From an uncultured Gemmatimonadales bacterium (GTDB lineage Bacteria > Gemmatimonadota > Gemmatimonadetes > Longimicrobiales > RSA9), in contig OY970192.1 of assembly GCA_963708135.1 (NCBI GenBank), positions 1,856,001-1,920,000 of the forward strand: a DNA stretch of 64,000 nt, read 5' to 3'. The notes under the pieces were generated by a model. The model worked only from the letters and a program-made list of their open reading frames with translations, ran no database searches and was not told where the DNA came from. Shown piece after piece: positions 28,596 through 38,563 of this stretch (the first letter of the stretch is position 1; the number at the start of each line of letters is the position of its first letter). A program made the position numbers and the translations under genes.

Positions 28596-30083
28596 TCAAC
28601 GCCAGCCGCGATGGCGCCAGCCGCCGGAGGAGGTGCCGCCGGCGGCGATTCGGCGCACGGCGCGGCGCTGGCGTTCGTCGTGCTCGAGCAGCGCGGCGGC
28701 GAGCGCGGCGGCGGCGAGGGTATCGTCGCCGGCGGCGCGTTTCTGGAGCTCCGGGTGCTTCTCGAGGTAGCGGATGTCGATCGCGCCGGCGCGGAAGTCC
28801 GGCTCTCGCATGACGCGGCGGTGGAACGGCGCGCTGGTCTCGACGCCGACGACGCGCAGCTCGGCGAGGGCGCGCTCCATGCGCGCGATGGCGCGTTCGC
28901 GGTCGGGCGCGTGCACGATGAGCTTGGCGAGCATCGGGTCGTAGAAGAGGGACACCTCGTATCCCTCGGCGATGCCGCCGTCCCAGCGCACGCCCGGCCC
29001 GCCCGGGGTGTTGAGCAGCTCGATGCGGCCGGTGGACGGCATGAACTGGTTGTCCGGGTCCTCGCTCGTGATGCGGCACTCGATGGCGTGTCCGGAAAGG
29101 CGGACCGCGTCCTGCCCGAAGGGCAGTGCCTCGCCGCCCGCGATGCGGAGCTGCCACTGCACGAGGTCCAGGCCGGTCACCAGCTCCGTGACCGGATGCT
29201 CGACCTGGATGCGGGTGTTCATCTCGAGGAAGTAGAAGGCGCCATCCTGGAAGAGGAACTCGATGGTGCCGGCGTTCTCATAGCCCACGGCGGCCGCCGC
29301 GGCCACGGCGGCCGCGCCCATCTCAGCGCGCAGCTCGCGTGTGAGCGCGGGGGAGGGCGCCTCCTCCACCATCTTCTGGTGCCTGCGCTGGATCGAGCAC
29401 TCGCGCTCCCCCAGGTGCAGGGTCGTGCCGTGGCGGTCGGCGAGTACCTGGATCTCGATGTGGCGCGGCCCATCGAGGTACTTCTCCACGTAGACGCTGC
29501 CGTCGCCGAAGGACTGCAGCGCCTCGTGCGCCGCCGACTCGAACGCGCGCGCCACCTCCTCCGGGCCCCGCACGACGCGCATCCCCTTGCCGCCCCCGCC
29601 GGCCGCCGCCTTCAGCAGCACGGGGAACCCGATCTCCGCCGCGGCGCTCGCCGCCTCCTTCGCATCGGCCAGCGCCCGCGCCGTCCCCGGGACCACCGGC
29701 ACACCCGCCGCCATCATGCGCCGGCGCGCCTCCGTCTTGTCGCCCATTGCCTCGATCGCCTCCGGCGACGGGCCCACGAAGGTGAGCCCGGCGTCGCGCA
29801 CCGCCGCGGCGAAGGGAGCGCGCTCGGCCAGGAAGCCGTAGCCGGGATGCACCGCGTCGCAGCCCGCGGCCAGCGCCACCTCGAGCAGCCGCTCGATCCG
29901 GAGATAGGAGCGCGCCGACGGCGCCGGGCCGATCGGGAACGCCTCGTCCGCCTCGAGCACGTGCGGCGCCACGCGGTCCGCGTCGGAATAGACGGCCACG
30001 GCCGTCATGCCCATCTCGCGGCAGGCGCGGATCACGCGCACGGCGATCTCGCCGCGGTTGGCGACGAGCACCTTGCGCAGCAT
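28596..30083 (-). CDS. accC: Biotin carboxylase subunit of an acyl-CoA carboxylase
   Basis: ANRGEIA, HPGYGFLAE, GGGGKGMR, ECSIQRRHQK, EMNTRIQVEH. Confidence 0.93.
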   Translation of the reverse strand: MLRKVLVANRGEIAVRVIRACREMGMTAVAVYSDADRVAPHVLEADEAFPIGPAPSARSYLRIERLLEVALAAGCDAVHPGYGFLAERAPFAAAVRDAGLTFVGPSPEAIEAMGDKTEARRRMMAAGVPVVPGTARALADAKEAASAAAEIGFPVLLKAAAGGGGKGMRVVRGPEEVARAFESAAHEALQSFGDGSVYVEKYLDGPRHIEIQVLADRHGTTLHLGERECSIQRRHQKMVEEAPSPALTRELRAEMGAAAVAAAAAVGYENAGTIEFLFQDGAFYFLEMNTRIQVEHPVTELVTGLDLVQWQLRIAGGEALPFGQDAVRLSGHAIECRITSEDPDNQFMPSTGRIELLNTPGGPGVRWDGGIAEGYEVSLFYDPMLAKLIVHAPDRERAIARMERALAELRVVGVETSAPFHRRVMREPDFRAGAIDIRYLEKHPELQKRAAGDDTLAAAALAAALLEHDERQRRAVRRIAAGGTSSGGWRHRGWR

Positions 30084-30868
30084 CAGTGGTCGCCGCCCAG
30101 AATCTCGCCGAGGATCGCGCCCGCGGCCGCGGCGCCGCCCAGCTTGCCGATCCCGCCGCGCGCCTCGTCCTTGCTCCCGAACCTGGCCGCCGCGATGATC
30201 CGGTCCGCCAGCCTCGAGAACGGCAGGCTCTGCAGGTACACGAGCCCCGGGCCGGTGAGCGTCGCCAGGAACAGCCCTTCCCCGCCGAACAGCGCGTTGC
30301 GGAACCCGCCCACGAAGTTGATGTCGTAATCCACGGACGGCGCGAACGCCACCAGGCACCCCGTGTCCACGCGCAGCACCTCGCCGGGCGCGAGCTGCCG
30401 CTCCATGATCGTGCCGCCCGCGTGCGCGAATGCCAGGCCGCTGCCCGTCAGGCGCTGGAGGATGAAGCCTTCACCGCCGAACAGCCCGGCGCCGAGCCGC
30501 TTCGTGAAGGCGACCTCGATCTCCACGCCGGACGCGGCGCACAGGAAGCTGTCCTTCTGACAGATGAACGACCCGCCCAGCCGGGCCAGGTCGAGCGGCA
30601 CGATCTTGCCCGGGTACGGCGCCGCGAACCCGACGTGCCCCTTGCCCGCGCCGTTCTGCTTGAAGGTCGTAATGAAGAAGCTCGAGCCGGTCAGCATCCG
30701 CTTGAACCCCTTGAACATGCCGCCGCCCGTGGACGTCTGCATCTCGATTCCCTGCTCCATGTAGAGCATGGCGCCCACCTCCGCGCGCACGCCCTCGCCG
30801 GGGTCGAGCTCGACCTCCACGACCTGCATTTCCTCGCCGATGATCTTGTAGTCGATGATGTCGGCCAT
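30083..30868 (-). CDS. TIGR00266/AIM24 family protein
   Basis: [43 protein letters not shown]. Confidence 0.92.
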   Translation of the reverse strand: MADIIDYKIIGEEMQVVEVELDPGEGVRAEVGAMLYMEQGIEMQTSTGGGMFKGFKRMLTGSSFFITTFKQNGAGKGHVGFAAPYPGKIVPLDLARLGGSFICQKDSFLCAASGVEIEVAFTKRLGAGLFGGEGFILQRLTGSGLAFAHAGGTIMERQLAPGEVLRVDTGCLVAFAPSVDYDINFVGGFRNALFGGEGLFLATLTGPGLVYLQSLPFSRLADRIIAAARFGSKDEARGGIGKLGGAAAAGAILGEILGGDH

Positions 30869-30983
30869 GGCAGTGCTCACGTGTTGGAGAGGAGTCGGGG
30901 GATGAAATCCGCGCTCATTCGAGCCCGTCCGGTCAGAGGATCGCAAGGGTTCAGGCCCAGTCGGACGCAACGCGTTCGCGGTA

Positions 30984-31517
30984 TCAGCCGGACCCGACCG
31001 CGCGCTCGACGACGGTGATGTCGCGTTCCGACAGACCGTAGAGGCGGTACACGATGCGATCGATGAGCCTATCCGTCAGCTCGAGCTGGCGCAGCAGCGG
31101 TCGGAGTCTTCCCATGCTGACCTCGTATGCTTTCTCGACCCGTTCGCGCGCAGGATTCCTCGCTCTGTACCCCTTTGGCTTCGAGACGTCCAGGCGAGCG
31201 ACCCTCGGATGGTTGCGCCGGATGACCTCGAGCAGCTTCGTCGCGTCCGCCTGCTCATAATACGATTCCACATAGGTTTTCCCGCTCAGATCGTCCACCC
31301 GGCAGCCGATCTGCTCCTCGAGCCAAGCCAGGAAGGAGTGCACCTCTACCTGGCGCAGCTCATGCAGCTCCGTCATCCGGCGCGCCAGAAACGCCAGCAG
31401 GTCCCGCACGACGTCCGCGCGTTCGCGCTCGAGGTCGGGGCGGCCCTCCGCATCGAGCGGCAGAAGCCACTCGATCTGAGCGAGCAGGTCATCGAACGGG
31501 AACGCGACGTCGCTCAC
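30984..31517 (-). CDS. Stand-alone C-terminal helical domain of a type IIG R-M enzyme
   Basis: [14 protein letters not shown]...FLAWLE...DDLSGKT...[24 protein letters not shown] matches the typical type IIG C-terminus (IDxxVYxLYGLxxEEIxxVE). GTG overlaps the HEPN stop, with a GGAGG RBS. Confidence 0.8.
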   Translation of the reverse strand: MSDVAFPFDDLLAQIEWLLPLDAEGRPDLERERADVVRDLLAFLARRMTELHELRQVEVHSFLAWLEEQIGCRVDDLSGKTYVESYYEQADATKLLEVIRRNHPRVARLDVSKPKGYRARNPARERVEKAYEVSMGRLRPLLRQLELTDRLIDRIVYRLYGLSERDITVVERAVGSG

Positions 31518-31903
31518 CCCATCCTCCCCTCGACTCTTTCCACGACCTCGCGCGCAAGCCCCACGGCGCGGGTTGCTTCGTCCTCGCCGTACTCGACCCC
31601 TCCCGGGTAACGAGGCTCCACGGCATACGGGGTCAGCACCGACGCGGCCGGCTCCAGATCGGGCAAAGCCGTACCGGCGGCGCGCAGGCGGTCGAGCAGC
31701 ACCGAAAGGTCGTGCGTAGGCACCGCCGGCGCGCCGGTTTCGTGGACGACAAGCGCCTTCAGCGCCTTCTCCGCTGCCTGCTGCGCGTGATAGACGGCCA
31801 GCCACGGGTGGGCCGGCTCGGCTTCCGCCGCCGTCCCGGCCGCCCACAGGTCGTCCCGGGCGCGCTCGAGCCAGGCGCGCGCGGGCTGTTCAGCTTCCGT
31901 CAT
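31514..31903 (-). CDS. HEPN domain protein (MNT-associated type)
   Basis: WLERARDDL..A, YHAQQAAEKALKA, THDL, YAVEPRYP; 129 aa. Confidence 0.9.
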   Translation of the reverse strand: MTEAEQPARAWLERARDDLWAAGTAAEAEPAHPWLAVYHAQQAAEKALKALVVHETGAPAVPTHDLSVLLDRLRAAGTALPDLEPAASVLTPYAVEPRYPGGVEYGEDEATRAVGLAREVVERVEGRMG

Positions 31904-34900
31904 CCAGGCGCACTCCTTCCTCGAGCACGTGTCCCACGAAACTGCCGGGCACCGCCCGCCACCGCTCGATCTCCGCGGGCGTGTAGACGTGCAGGTCAAC
32001 CGGTCGCGGCGCGCCCGCAAGTCGCTCGCGGATCCGCTCCCGCCAGGCCGCCTTGCCGCCGTCCGGCTGCACCACCACCAGCAGGTCCAGATCGCTGTCC
32101 GGCCGCGGGTGGCCCCGCCCCCACGAGCCGATCAGTCGCACCTCCTCCACGCCCTTCAGCGCGCCGATCCGCGCACCGAGCTCGCGGATCTCTTCGGGGA
32201 CCTCCGGCTCGATGCCCGCCTTGCGCAGCCCGCGATAATACAGCCCCTCCAGCCACCGGCCGAGCTCCTGGCGGGTGCGCTCGGGGGTGCGCTCGGCGAC
32301 CTGCCTGATCGGCACGCGCTCCATGTACTGGGCGCGCAGCTCGATGTACGCATCCGAGCCAGCCGGTCCCTCCAGCCGAGCGGCCGCGTTCCGCAGATAG
32401 AAGAAGCAGAGACGGCTGTTCAGGAGCGCGAGCACCGATCCATCGTCCGTGGCGAGAACGAAGCACTTATCGTTGACGAAGCGGCCGCCCTTGTCGAGAC
32501 CGAACCGTGGCTCCCTCGTGATGATCGGATAAACGATCTTCGGCCGTTCGTAGATGTTCCGAAACGCTTTCTGCGGCTGCTGCAGCTCATACCAGGCCTG
32601 CTCCGTCGCGCGCCTCTCGAGCCGCTCCCGGAACGGCGCGAGGTGCGCTTCCACGGCCGGGTACCGGCGGATGTCCACCCCGTGCGGCAAGTACAGCAGC
32701 CAGCGGTCGGCGCTGCGGATGTGGTAATGCCGGACGTCGTCGCCAATGACCAGCGGCTTGATCACCTCGGCCGAGCGCGCGTCCTCCGCGATCAGGCGTT
32801 CACGGGTGGCTCGATCGATCCAGAACGCCTCATTCAGACCGGTCTTGATTCCCCAGCAGATCCCGCTTGGGAGCATCTTTCCGAGTGGCTCACCAAGCGC
32901 CGGCAGTCGCGCCAGGATCTCGGCCGTACGCCTGTCAACGAGCTGCCATTCCTCACCCGCGAGAGTCCCAGGATTCAACTCGAACGCGGCCTTCTCGACG
33001 GCGATTCGCAAGTCATCGAACTCGCCCAGCTCGGCGAAGCGGGCGGGCACGGCCGCGCCGCCCTTGCGGACGAAGACGAGCGCGGGCCGGACGGTAGCCT
33101 CGGGGAACACGCCCGATCCGGCGAAGTCCACGATCTCCCTGACCCGTCCGATTCGACCGATCAGCCCGCGCAGCTTCTTGCCGTAATTCGCGCGCAGGAA
33201 CTTGTTCGAGACGATCGCCCCGTACTCGCCGCCGTCGCGGAGCAGCTCGAGCGAGCGCTCGATGAAGTAGACGTACAGGTCGCTGCGGGTGGCGTAGGTC
33301 TCGTATTCCTGGCGGAGGAAGTCCTTGATCCCCTTGAACTCCTCCATACGCACGTAGGGCGGATTGCCCATCACCGCGTCGAAACCGGGACGCTCGAGCC
33401 GGTGTCCGGTCTCCGCGTCGTGGAAAGCCTCCCCGAACTCGACCTCCCAGTGGAAGAAGACGTGCTTCGCGCGGAGGCGCGCGAGCGCTTCGGCGTCCAC
33501 GATGGCCGAGGCCTCCCCCCACTGCTGCCGGTCCGATTTGAGGGCGCCGAGCAGCGCCGCATACCTGTCCTCGTCGATCGACAGGCCGAAGAACGTGGCG
33601 CACCAGACATCGCCCACGAAACGCGCGCGATCGAGGAGCCGGTCGGCTTCGGCCAGCAGTTTCTTCTTGAGCGCGACGTCGCGCAGCGAGTCGGTGGCCG
33701 TCGCCTCGATCTGGCGCGTCATGCCGACGGCCTGGCGGAGCGCGAGCGCGAGGGCGTCCCCGAAGGCGTTGTACTGGCCCGCTGCCTCGAGCCGGGCCGC
33801 CTTGCCCCTTGCCGGCGGTCGGCTCATCCGTTCGATGCGCCCGCCGAGCAGGGAGTCGCCGACCTTCAGGTGATGGTCCAGGAAGTTCAGCGGCTTGTTC
33901 TTCTCGACTGTCGCGAGCCAAAGCGACAGCTTCGCCAGCTCGACGGCGCGCGGGTTCCTGTCGACGCCGAAGATGCAGCGCTCGACCACCAGCCTTCCGA
34001 CGTGCTCCGGATCGAGGTGGGCGAGCTCGCCAAGTGATCCCTGGTCGTCCGCATCGACAGCCGCGACCGCGGCGCGCACGAGGTACGCCGTCGCGGCGAC
34101 GAGGAAGTGCCCGGAGCCCATCGCCGGGTCCAGTACGCGCACCGAGAGGATCTCGCCCGCGCGCCGGCGCTCGACGAGCGGTGCCAGCGTACGCTCGACA
34201 ATGTACTGGACGACGTAGTCGGGCGTGTAGTAGGAGCCGGTGACCTTGCGCTCGCCCTTGTCGTTGGCGAGGTAGACGTCGCCTTCCGGGACGGCGGTGC
34301 GGATCACGCGGCCCTTCTCCCGGATCTCCGGGAGCGTCGCGTCGGCGACGCGGAGGACATACTCGAGCAGGCCCTCGTAGACCGAGCCGAGGTGGCGCAC
34401 GTCGAGCGGGCCGTAGTCCACATAGTGGAGCGATCGCGTGTCCGGATCGGAGGCCCGAGAAAGCAGGTCGATCGCTTCGGCGAGCTGCGGGTCGGGAACG
34501 TAATGGTTCTCGAGCCAGGGATGCCGGTCCGGGTCGAACAGACCTCCGTCGTAGACGGGCAGACCGTCGAGTCTCCAATCCGGGTGCCCGTCGATGATCT
34601 GGAAGAGGTCCGCCAGATCGTTCCAGAAGTCGCGGCCGTGAGGGAAGCAAGTCTGCTCTTCGTCGCGTACGCGCTTTGCGCGCTCGCGTAGCTGCAGGAG
34701 GCTCTTGCTCCGGTAGGTCGGGTTGGTGCGCACGGGCAGGAGGTCGCGCGCTTCCGCGAAAAGCACGAACAGGAGTCTGAACAGCAGCGTGAGCGAGTTG
34801 TCGAGGATCGTGCGGCCCAGCGTCTCATCCCGCCGCAGCAACGCCGCATCCACGCCTGCGGACGCCGCGAAGCCCGCGCACAGCGCCGTGACCGCGCGGT

Positions 34901-35693
34901 AGGCACGCGGCTTGAGCTCCGCTTCGACGGCGCGCGCATAGCTCAGCGAATCGGCGCGCGCATTGTCCACCCAGCGCAGGCCGTGTTGATCCGGGCGGAA
35001 CGACGGCGGAGCGAAGAACAGGTAGAAGTAACGGAACGCCTCCTCCGCCCGGATGGTTGCGCCCTCCTCCGTGAGCGCCAGCGGCTCGTCCCCGAGCAGC
35101 GCGGCCAGATCCAGTGAGAAGTACGCCGTATCGGCGAAGTCCACGTCGCGATTGTAGAGGCGCCACTCGCGGCCGTTCGTCAGGATACCCCACGGCTGTT
35201 CCGCGCGGAAGAGGTAGTTGACGATCTGTGTGGACGGCACGCGGTTCGGCTCGAGATCGCCGGGCCCGCCGCGGGCGTCCAGGGGGCGGTCCCACCGCTT
35301 CGCTTCGAGCACGGCCAGAGCTTGCTTGAGCACCGAGCGGCGTTCTCGCCCGGCGGCGGCGCGGCGTGCATCCTCATCGGTTGCGAACAGCGCATAATCG
35401 GGGAACTGTGTCGCGCCCAGGCGCTGCGAGCGCGGTTGCACCTCGTACCCCCATCCAAGCGCCTGAAGCACCGGACGAAGCAGGTGCTCCTCCGTCTGCG
35501 CCTCATTCGCCGCGGTAAGGGTGTCGCCCTCGCGACGGTACACCTCGCGGACGCGCTCTCGCAGCGCGCGCGCGGCGCCGGCGCACTCATCCCACTGGCG
35601 GTCTCTCCGCAGGCGCGTCTCGAGGAAGTGGTTCGAGAAGAGCTGCCGATTGCCGTAGGCTGGTGCGAACTGGAGCTCAGCGTGATTGGTCAT
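31890..35693 (-). CDS. Type IIG restriction enzyme/N6-adenine methyltransferase (Eco57I-like) with a C-terminal fused minimal nucleotidyltransferase
   Basis: PD...EAK nuclease (FPDYALF...VLEAKRW), WGILTNGREWRLY, GSYYTP, VLDPAMGSGHFL, GNPPY, TaqI-C-like TRD (GIKTG, WYELQ, PKIVYP). The last ~100 aa are MNT-like: LIGSWGRGHPRPDSDLDLLVV...VDLHVYTPAE. Confidence 0.9.
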   Translation of the reverse strand: MTNHAELQFAPAYGNRQLFSNHFLETRLRRDRQWDECAGAARALRERVREVYRREGDTLTAANEAQTEEHLLRPVLQALGWGYEVQPRSQRLGATQFPDYALFATDEDARRAAAGRERRSVLKQALAVLEAKRWDRPLDARGGPGDLEPNRVPSTQIVNYLFRAEQPWGILTNGREWRLYNRDVDFADTAYFSLDLAALLGDEPLALTEEGATIRAEEAFRYFYLFFAPPSFRPDQHGLRWVDNARADSLSYARAVEAELKPRAYRAVTALCAGFAASAGVDAALLRRDETLGRTILDNSLTLLFRLLFVLFAEARDLLPVRTNPTYRSKSLLQLRERAKRVRDEEQTCFPHGRDFWNDLADLFQIIDGHPDWRLDGLPVYDGGLFDPDRHPWLENHYVPDPQLAEAIDLLSRASDPDTRSLHYVDYGPLDVRHLGSVYEGLLEYVLRVADATLPEIREKGRVIRTAVPEGDVYLANDKGERKVTGSYYTPDYVVQYIVERTLAPLVERRRAGEILSVRVLDPAMGSGHFLVAATAYLVRAAVAAVDADDQGSLGELAHLDPEHVGRLVVERCIFGVDRNPRAVELAKLSLWLATVEKNKPLNFLDHHLKVGDSLLGGRIERMSRPPARGKAARLEAAGQYNAFGDALALALRQAVGMTRQIEATATDSLRDVALKKKLLAEADRLLDRARFVGDVWCATFFGLSIDEDRYAALLGALKSDRQQWGEASAIVDAEALARLRAKHVFFHWEVEFGEAFHDAETGHRLERPGFDAVMGNPPYVRMEEFKGIKDFLRQEYETYATRSDLYVYFIERSLELLRDGGEYGAIVSNKFLRANYGKKLRGLIGRIGRVREIVDFAGSGVFPEATVRPALVFVRKGGAAVPARFAELGEFDDLRIAVEKAAFELNPGTLAGEEWQLVDRRTAEILARLPALGEPLGKMLPSGICWGIKTGLNEAFWIDRATRERLIAEDARSAEVIKPLVIGDDVRHYHIRSADRWLLYLPHGVDIRRYPAVEAHLAPFRERLERRATEQAWYELQQPQKAFRNIYERPKIVYPIITREPRFGLDKGGRFVNDKCFVLATDDGSVLALLNSRLCFFYLRNAAARLEGPAGSDAYIELRAQYMERVPIRQVAERTPERTRQELGRWLEGLYYRGLRKAGIEPEVPEEIRELGARIGALKGVEEVRLIGSWGRGHPRPDSDLDLLVVVQPDGGKAAWRERIRERLAGAPRPVDLHVYTPAEIERWRAVPGSFVGHVLEEGVRLDDGS

Positions 35694-35696
35694 CGG

Positions 35697-37244
35697 CTAC
35701 AACGGCATGTTCCCATGCTTCTTCCACGGGTTCTCGTCCCGCTTGCTCTGCAGCATGTCGAGCGCGTTGATCAGGCGGGGCCGGGTCTGGCGCGGGTCGA
35801 TGACATCATCGACGTAGCCGCGGCCGGCCGCGATGTAGGGGTTGGCGAAGCGCTCGCGGTACTCCCGCTCCCTCTCCCGGGTGGCGGCCTCGCGATCCTC
35901 CGCTTCCGCGATCTCCTTGTGGTACAGGATCTCGACCGCGCCCTTCGGCCCCATGACGGCGATCTCGGCGGTGGGCCAGGCCAGGTTGACGTCGCCACGG
36001 ATGTGCTTGGAGTTCATCACGTCGTACGCGCCGCCGTACGCCTTGCGCGTGATCACCGTGATGCGCGGCACCGTGGCCTCGCAGAAGGCGAAGAGAAGCT
36101 TGGCACCGTGCTTGATGATGCCGCCGTGCTCCTGCGCGACGCCCGGCAGGAATCCCGGCACGTCCTCGAAGACGACGAGCGGTATGTTGAAGGCGTCGCA
36201 GAAGCGGACGAAGCGGGCTCCCTTCAGCGAGCTGTTGATGTCCAGCACGCCCGCCAGCACGGCCGGCTGGTTCGCCACGATGCCCACCGCGTGCCCGCCC
36301 AGGTGGGCGAATCCCACGAGGATGTTGCCGGCGTACGCGGCGTGGACCTCGTAGAACTCGCCATCGTCCACCACCCGCCCGATCACGTCGTGCATGTCGT
36401 AGGGCCGGCTCGGCTCGTCCGGCACCACGTCGAGGAGCGCCTCGTCCGCGCGGTCGAAGGGGTCCGCTGTCTCGCGCCGGGGCGGGTCTTCCCGGTTGTT
36501 CTGCGGGATGAAGCGGAAGAGGCCCCGGATCGACTCCAGGCACTCGAGCTCGCTGTCGAACGCGAAGTGGGCGACACCGGACGTGCCCGCGTGAACGTCC
36601 GCGCCGCCGAGCCCCTCCATGTCGATGTCCTCGTGCGTGACCGTCTTCACCACGTTCGGGCCGGTCACGAACATGTAGCTGGTGCCGCGCACCATGTAGA
36701 TGAAGTCCGTGATGGCCGGGGAGTAGACCGCGCCGCCCGCGCACGGCCCGAGCACGGCGCTGATCTGCGGCACCACGCCCGAGGCGAGGGTGTTGCGGAG
36801 GAAGATGTCGGCGTAGCCGCCGAGCGAGACCACGCCCTCCTGGATGCGCGCGCCGCCCGAGTCGTTCAGGCCAATGAGCGGCGCTCCGATCTTCAGCGCC
36901 ATGTCCATGAGCTTCACGATCTTGGCCGCGTGCGCCTCCGAGAGCGAACCGCCGTACACCGTGAAATCCTGGCTGAACACGTAGACGAGTCGGGCGTGAA
37001 TGGTGCCGTAGCCGGCGACGACACCGTCGCCGAGGAACCGCTCGTCCTCCTCGCCCGCCGCGCCGCGGCCGACCGCGAAGCGGTCCAACTCCACGAAGCT
37101 GCCCTCGTCGAGCAGCAGGTCGAGCCGCTCGCGGGCGGACAGCTTGCCCCGCCGATGCTGCGCCGCGAGCCGCCTCTCGCCGCCGCCCCGCTCCGCGCGC
37201 TGGCGCAGCTCGTCCAGCTGCCGGAGCCGCTCCCGCATGTCCAT
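35697..37244 (-). CDS. pccB: Propionyl-CoA carboxylase beta (carboxyltransferase) subunit
   Basis: [46 protein letters not shown]. Confidence 0.93.
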   Translation of the reverse strand: MDMRERLRQLDELRQRAERGGGERRLAAQHRRGKLSARERLDLLLDEGSFVELDRFAVGRGAAGEEDERFLGDGVVAGYGTIHARLVYVFSQDFTVYGGSLSEAHAAKIVKLMDMALKIGAPLIGLNDSGGARIQEGVVSLGGYADIFLRNTLASGVVPQISAVLGPCAGGAVYSPAITDFIYMVRGTSYMFVTGPNVVKTVTHEDIDMEGLGGADVHAGTSGVAHFAFDSELECLESIRGLFRFIPQNNREDPPRRETADPFDRADEALLDVVPDEPSRPYDMHDVIGRVVDDGEFYEVHAAYAGNILVGFAHLGGHAVGIVANQPAVLAGVLDINSSLKGARFVRFCDAFNIPLVVFEDVPGFLPGVAQEHGGIIKHGAKLLFAFCEATVPRITVITRKAYGGAYDVMNSKHIRGDVNLAWPTAEIAVMGPKGAVEILYHKEIAEAEDREAATREREREYRERFANPYIAAGRGYVDDVIDPRQTRPRLINALDMLQSKRDENPWKKHGNMPL

Positions 37245-37245
37245 G

Positions 37246-38439
37246 TCAGCGCCCCTTCCCCGCATCCCCCGATGTGGTGTCCGCCTGCTCCAGCGTCACG
37301 AGCTTGCCGCCCTCGATGCGGACGATGAACGGCCGGCGCACCACGGCGCCGTCCCGCAGCGAGAGAATGCCCGTCGCCCCTTCGAGGTCCCGCTCCCGGC
37401 CGAGGCGCCGCGCCACTTCGCGCGCGCCGCCGCCACCCTCGAGCGCCTGGAGCACCATGCGTGTGGCGTCGAAGCCGAGCGCCGGGAACGGGTTGTCCAG
37501 CGACTTCCGGTACGCCGCTTCATACAACGAGACGAACCGGCTCCACGCCACGCGCGGACTCGAGCGCTGGAGCGGCGTGGCGGCGATCACGCCGTCGGTG
37601 TTCTCGGCCGGGAGCACGCGCAGCAGCTCGTCGCTCGTCCACGCCTCGCCGCCGAGGATCTGCAGCCCCTTGCCGGTGACGCCGTAATAGGCGAGCTGCG
37701 GCGCGATCTGGCGCACGTCGCGCTCCGGCGCGGGGATGAACAGCGCCTGCGCGCCCGACGCGAGCGCGCGCCGCAGCGGACGGGCGAAGGTCGTGGTGCC
37801 GGAGTCGTAGGGCAGGTCCACGACCACCCGGCCTCCGGCGCGCGCCAGCGCCAGCTCGAAGACCCGGGCCGTCCGCTGGAAGTCGGCGGAGCGCGGATAC
37901 AGCATGGCCACCCGCGGCCACCCGTGGCGCGCGGCATAGGCGGCGAGCGCCGCCGCGCCCCGCGTGTCCCCCGCGTTCAGCGAGTAGACGTTGGGCAGCC
38001 CATCGGGAACCGTCGAGGCGGTGGGGCTCACCAGCGCCAGCATGGAATCCGTCCGGGCGCGTCCCGCGGCCGTCAGGCCCGGGCTGAGCAGCGGGCCGAG
38101 CACGGCCACCGCGCCCCGCCGCTCCAACTCCTTCACCAACGCCGCGTCGCGCTCCGCATCGCCGGCATCGTCCAGCAGCACCAGATCTGGCACGAGGCCC
38201 CGCGGCGCCTCGTGCGAGAGCGCCAGACGGATCCCCTCCAGCACCAGGTCACCGTACTGCGTCAGGTACGGCGAGCCCGTGCGCGGCAGGATCGCGCCGA
38301 GCACCGGCCTCGCCGCCGCCTCCGGCGGCCGGCGCGCCGGCGGCTTTGCCGACGGAGTCCCCGACGGGCCGCTCCGCGCGCACGCGGCGACGAGCCCGAG
38401 GAGCCCTCCCAGCAGGAGGGCACGCGTCCGGATTTGCAC
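37246..38439 (-). CDS. Lipoprotein with a periplasmic-binding fold (LpoA C-domain / ABC substrate-binding-like)
   Basis: Lipobox [40 protein letters not shown]. Confidence 0.75.
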   Translation of the reverse strand: MQIRTRALLLGGLLGLVAACARSGPSGTPSAKPPARRPPEAAARPVLGAILPRTGSPYLTQYGDLVLEGIRLALSHEAPRGLVPDLVLLDDAGDAERDAALVKELERRGAVAVLGPLLSPGLTAAGRARTDSMLALVSPTASTVPDGLPNVYSLNAGDTRGAAALAAYAARHGWPRVAMLYPRSADFQRTARVFELALARAGGRVVVDLPYDSGTTTFARPLRRALASGAQALFIPAPERDVRQIAPQLAYYGVTGKGLQILGGEAWTSDELLRVLPAENTDGVIAATPLQRSSPRVAWSRFVSLYEAAYRKSLDNPFPALGFDATRMVLQALEGGGGAREVARRLGRERDLEGATGILSLRDGAVVRRPFIVRIEGGKLVTLEQADTTSGDAGKGR

Positions 38440-38501
38440 TCTTCTCGATCCTTTGCTGCGGGACGTCCGGGGTCGCGACAACATATGGGCGCCCCCTGTA
38501 C

Positions 38502-38536
38502 AAATAAAGGATGGGGCCCCTCGCGGAGCCCCATCC
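38502..38536 (-). terminator. Rho-independent terminator after rpsA
   Basis: GGATGGGGC...GCCCCATCC stem followed by TTTATTT on the minus strand. Confidence 0.7.
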
Positions 38537-38563
38537 CGTCCAGCGACCGGAGGCCGTGCCGGC

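Noticed and set aside
31890..35693. BREX PglX or DISARM methylase assignment
   Set aside because: No brx/pgl or drm genes flank it, and the N-terminal PD-ExK nuclease plus TRD fit a stand-alone type IIG enzyme.
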